A DNA stretch of 64,000 bases from contig OZ218963.1 of the NCBI GenBank assembly GCA_965112735.1, positions 372,001 through 436,000 on the forward strand, written 5' to 3'. Positions 59,763 through 64,000 of this stretch are shown here, one piece after another (positions within the stretch are counted from its first letter, which is position 1; each line of letters starts with the position of its first letter). The translations under genes and the position numbers were made by a program. This stretch comes from Phaeosaccion multiseriatum (taxonomy: Eukaryota; Protista; Ochrophyta, other classes). A model generated the notes under the pieces. It worked only from the letters and a program-made list of their open reading frames with translations. It was not told where the DNA came from and did no database searches.

Positions 59763-60524
59763 GCAGGGTCAGGGGATAGTCAGGAGTCTTGTTAGGGGAA
59801 GGTGAAAACAGGCGAGGAAGGGATCCCGCAGCAGCAGCAGCAGGAGGAGGAGGAGGAGGAAGGTGATGAGAATCACGGGCATCCACCACTGGACAAGGAA
59901 GGAAGGCAATTGAAGAAAGGCCAGTACATGAGCCTCCCTCCCACTCTATCACACTCACATTGGAGCCTGTGCGGTGCATCTTGGTCGCTCTGGTCGCCGC
60001 GTCACCGTCCGCCCTCCTCTTCGCACCAGCACCGTACTGGTGTGCCTCCTCCTCCCCGTCCTCCTCCTCGGCCCCTCCCGATGGACCACCCTGCAAATGT
60101 GTGAAAATCAGCACAAGGGAAAAGGAATGAGGCGAGTCCTGGCCAGAGAGCTGCAAGCTCGGTCCACAAGCACGCTCTACAATGCATGCAAAGACCAACC
60201 ACTCACCGAGGCCAGCACGTCTCCTCCCTTTTGACCCCCTGCTGTGGTGAGGGCGTTTTGGGGAGGAGCCGTGTACAGCCCCGAGAAGGCCCTCTCCACT
60301 GCCAGCACTGCCTCCGCGGAGACGTTGAAGAGAGAGGCCATGGACGAGCGAATGCGAAGGAGCTGTGTCTGCTGGCCAGTGCCTGCGTGCCTGAGAGACA
60401 CAGCCCGCCGGGCCTCGATAGTGCTGAGCATGGCGAACAGAGTGCCCGCATCCATGCTTTGCAGGAGGTCGGAATCGTGCCCTTGCTGAATGCATGCGAT
60501 CCACTCTCGCACGGAGACCCCCAT
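56028..60524 (-). CDS. Uncharacterised multi-exon protein (ends uncertain)
   Basis: Coding-like segments bounded by AG/GT and separated by microsatellite introns: [16 protein letters not shown].., [25 protein letters not shown].., [56 protein letters not shown]. It may extend upstream to about 60720. Confidence 0.55.
59557..59775. repeat. Intronic (TGAGGG)n hexamer array, reading (CCCTCA)n on the gene's sense strand
   Basis: Directly visible, in the 3' part of an intron of the minus-strand gene. Confidence 0.9.
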
Positions 60525-60843
60525 GGTCTGCTTGACTTGCTTGACTTTAGTTACTCACTTCCTGGACAGCACTGCCGTTCTCCGACGTTGTTGCTCCCAG
60601 CAGGTCGAACTCCCCCTCCTACAGCATATACCCACTCACCCCCCCCCCTCCCTCCCACTCCACCCAGGGGAAGCAGCAGCAGCAGCCGCCACAGGGGCCG
60701 CGCCGCCTAAATAACTAGAGGTCAGGCAGAGGTAGAGAAGAAGGAGGCCTCGCTACGCATCCAAAATGCCTCTGGAGGTGAAACGTATGCCTCTAAATGT
60801 GTCCTCCTGCCCTCTCCGGCCGGCGAGAACAAAATAAAGAGAC

Positions 60844-62125
60844 ATGGCCAACTCAGCTCTATTCTTCACCTTATGGTGCTGTGTCTTCTGCCCGGGCGTG
60901 GACATGGGTTCATGTTCGCCAGAGGGGGCTTTCTGTTCTCCGGAGGGGGCCCTCGAGGAGGAGGACGACGAGGCATGACGATGATGGCCGGGAGGGAACT
61001 TCCTCCCAAGAAGTTGCTTGACTACCATCGGCAGCATCTCAAAGCGATTGGAGCTATGACTCAGCGAGATGCCGCAAGGCAAGATGAGTAGTACTGTGGG
61101 CTTCCTCCATTTCAATACAAATACAAAGCGGAAAGGGCGGGAGAAATAACTTGGTAACTTTGTACCTGCCCACTCTCAGGATCAACTCTGCTGCGCAACG
61201 AAGCGGTGCCCCTAATGGCAAAGGTCGGAAGGGTGGGGTAGTACCTTCATGTCGCCTTTGACTTCAAGGCACTTCTCGTATCTCCTCCTGCTGCCTCCTC
61301 CCCCTCCTCTTGGAACTTCTTTCTCCCCGCCCCCCCCCCCCTTTCCCCTTCCTCCTCCTGCCCCTGCTCCTCCTCCGCTGCTCTCTCCTCTCTTTGAAGT
61401 GAGACACAGCCTCCCCCCTGCCGCCTCTCCCATCCCCCCCCCCTTGGTACTAAGGCCAAATCTACTCCCTCCTGATCGTGTTTTCCCAAACAAGGATCGT
61501 TCCCGTCGAGGGCAAATGCGGCAGCGAGTCAGAATGAGGCTCTGTTGAGCTATCTGACGCTACAGGAGGCTGACATGTGAGTGACGACGACGAACTTTAG
61601 TCCTGAGCCCATCCTCGCGACGCCCATCCAAGTCCCAAGAGAGAGAGAGCGCGCTTCTCTCGGCTCTCACACTAAAGCTACGACACTCACTCAGCACTCC
61701 TCCCCGACCGTGCTCCTGTGCTGCTTTGAATGGCTCAGGATCAACGCCACCGCCCGCAGGATAGGATTGTCCCATCGGAGAGGTACGTATAAGCAAGCCA
61801 GGAAACTCTGTGTGGCCTCTTGCACAGTGAGGGAGGGTTGCGGTGGTCTGTGGCCTGGCTGCGTGACACTACCCGGCCCGGGCTCTTGTTCCACAAGAGG
61901 CAAAGGCCAGTCACAGCCGCTCGTCCGGCAGACCGCCGCTACGAAAAGAGACTGAAAGACCGTACCCGTGGCTCCTCCTCAGGCTCCTGGCCGGCACGCG
62001 CTACCTCCATTGCCTGTAGAAACTTGCTCTACAACTGGGGGAATGCGGATGAAGAAGACGACTACAGTGACTGGGACGATGGTGACGTCTTGGAACACCT
62101 CTGGCCAATGACCCCTGAGGAATAG
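60844..62125 (+). CDS. Unrecognised small presequence-bearing protein, paralog 1 (apparent 1-nt deletion in signal peptide; possible pseudogene or sequence error)
   Basis: Exons 60844-61078 (GC donor), 61180-61223, 61495-61576, 61739-61782, 61983-62125. Exon 2-5 lengths 44/82/44/143 are identical to paralog 2. Confidence 0.72.
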
Positions 62126-62563
62126 CGTGTGCCACAGTGAGGATGGGGAGGCCGAGCCTCCTTCCTCACCCCCGCGCTTTGCGTGCTATCGTGTTTGGGA
62201 GAGACGAAGACTGGTGGTGAGGCGAGGAGCTCAGCTCGGGTTGGGAAGAGACGCGAGGCCGGTGCCCATCCTGAGGCTTGTTGAAGCATGCATGTCCCCC
62301 AAGGTGAAGCGAGGCCTCGGAGCTGCTAGGCTCGTATGACCGGCCGACTCTGCCTGCGCCGGCCGAACGACTCGCGAGAGGTCCTGCCTGCAGTAGGAGG
62401 GCTAAGCTGCGCATTGTACTTTGTATAATATTACTGTAGACAAGCAATTGATTGAGGGGAGAAAGGGCTATGGCGCCCTAGTGGTCAGAGGGTTGTAAAA
62501 AGCCTCTCATTGGGAGCCTTTTTCTTTGCTCGCACCCTCCTACACTCTCCCCTTTTTGGAACC

Positions 62564-63638
62564 ATGATGAAGCTTACTATGTTATTCACGCTGATGGTGG
62601 TGTGTCTTCTGCCCGGGCGTGGGCACGGTTTCATATTGAGCGGAGGCCCAGGAGGCCGAGGAGGCATGGTGATGATGGCAATGAAGCCACCTCCTACACT
62701 GCTAGCGTATCACCGCGAGCAGCTAACCAAGCTGGGGGCCATGACCGTCCCCGACGCTCAACGGTAAGAGGAGTCATCAGGCGAGCTTCCTCACCAAGCG
62801 AGCAGCGGGGGCAACAACAGAGAGCGCCGTAAGAGGAGAGAGGGGAAACTTACGACACTCTTGCTCCATCCTTGGTCTTCCCTGCCCACTCTTATGCAGC
62901 ATCCTCCAAGCGGCTCAGGAGAGCGGTCGGGTTACAACGAAAGGTTATTGCTTCTGAGCTACTGCTTGTTTCTTGTCCGAGTGAGGAGCCGAAAGAGTTC
63001 TAAAGTTATCGCGTTGCACGTGCTCCTTGCAGGATCGTTTCCGTCGAGGGCACACACCGCCGCTTACAAGAATGAGGTCCTCTTGAGCCAGCTGACGATG
63101 CAGCAGGCCATCATGTGAGCGACGAGGACTAAGCCTCTGGAGACACGCTTCGCGGCTGGTTTGCTTGCTCTTGACTGAGCCCATCCAAGTCGAAGAGAAA
63201 GCCGCCTTTTGCTAGGGCACGGCGCATCCTCCCGTCCCACTTTGTTGCTTACACTTTTGTCCTCCCTGATCATTCTGCCTGGCTTGGTCTTGCTTATAAT
63301 CGCTCGATTCACTCAGGGTCAATGCGGTCGCTCGCAGACGAGGAAAGGCTCATGGGGAAGGTAAGTGTGTCACAAAACACGCGTGGCCTCTGCGCAGCGG
63401 GCGCGTGAGAGGTGGCCTATGAGATACGCCCTGGCAGACCGCCGCGACCAAGACTACTAACAACGGTGCCCGCGACCTCCTCATCCTCGCTCAAGGCTCC
63501 TGGCCGGCACGGGCCACTGCAGTTGCCAGTCGAAACGTGGTGAACAACTGGATAGCTGCCGACGAAGAGGGCGATTATAAGGGCTGGAGCGACGACATCA
63601 TCTTGCGCAAGCTATGGCCAGCGACTCCTAAGGAATAG
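62564..63638 (+). CDS. Unrecognised 170-aa protein with signal peptide/plastid-like presequence and two 42-aa repeats, paralog 2
   Basis: Exons 62564-62763, 62900-62943, 63033-63114, 63317-63360, 63496-63638 splice in phase: MMKLTMLFTLMVVCLLPGRGHG-FILSGG..LGAMTVPDAQRILQAAQESGRVTTKGSFPSRAHTAAYKNEVLLSQLTMQQAIMVNAVARRRGKAHGEGSWPARATAVASRNVVNNW..KLWPATPKE*. Confidence 0.82.
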
Positions 63639-64000
63639 TTATCACCAGCAGAGGGAGGAAGAGGAAGAGAGATATGAAGTGAGTGATGTGGCGCGGGGCT
63701 GTGCCCACTGCGGTGCTTGTTGCAGCAGGACCACTAAGGCGAGGCAACGACACTGCCAGGCCGTCGAACGACTGCTCGGAGCCGCTGGAGGCATGGCATG
63801 ATCGGCTTAGCGAGCTACTCGCGAGGTCTCCGCTGCTACAGAACCACGTATTTAACTCAGACTATCATAGAAATAAAGAACGAGCGACTGAATTTTGTCA
63901 ACTTCCCCGAGGCTCTGTGTGTGCGCGCGTGCTCTTTGTTATTTGTACAAACACTCTGTCCGCCACCGGCGAGTGATCTTCAAGGTTCGGGGTTGTAAAA

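Overview
Gene-dense eukaryotic nuclear DNA with spliceosomal introns packed with microsatellites. It most likely comes from a flagellated photosynthetic stramenopile (ochrophyte): several genes carry bipartite signal-peptide plus 'AF/GF' plastid presequences, and the IFT dynein-2 subunit WDR34 is present. I reconstructed about 16 genes by hand, mostly in head-to-head pairs: an ankyrin/3xWW coiled-coil protein, WDR34, an RlmB/MRM1-type rRNA methyltransferase, a ParB/Srx-like protein, two tandem DNAJC9 paralogs (one with HPD->RPD), plastid-type enolase, TMEM184, V-ATPase subunit d, an MtnB-MtnC fusion, ATG3, a short XRN exoribonuclease with a plastid-like presequence, two unknown proteins, and two tandem paralogs of an unrecognised 5-exon, 42-aa-repeat gene. 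Non-genic features are two related MITEs with TCG..CGA ends and 6-bp TSDs, a P-element-like excision footprint, a higher-order minisatellite, and a 15-bp motif (CAGTTGGTGATACAG) scattered about 19 times through exons (in different frames and strands), introns and intergenic DNA. Most ORFs in the supplied track are microsatellite artefacts. All exon models and family assignments are by eye and were not checked by any search.
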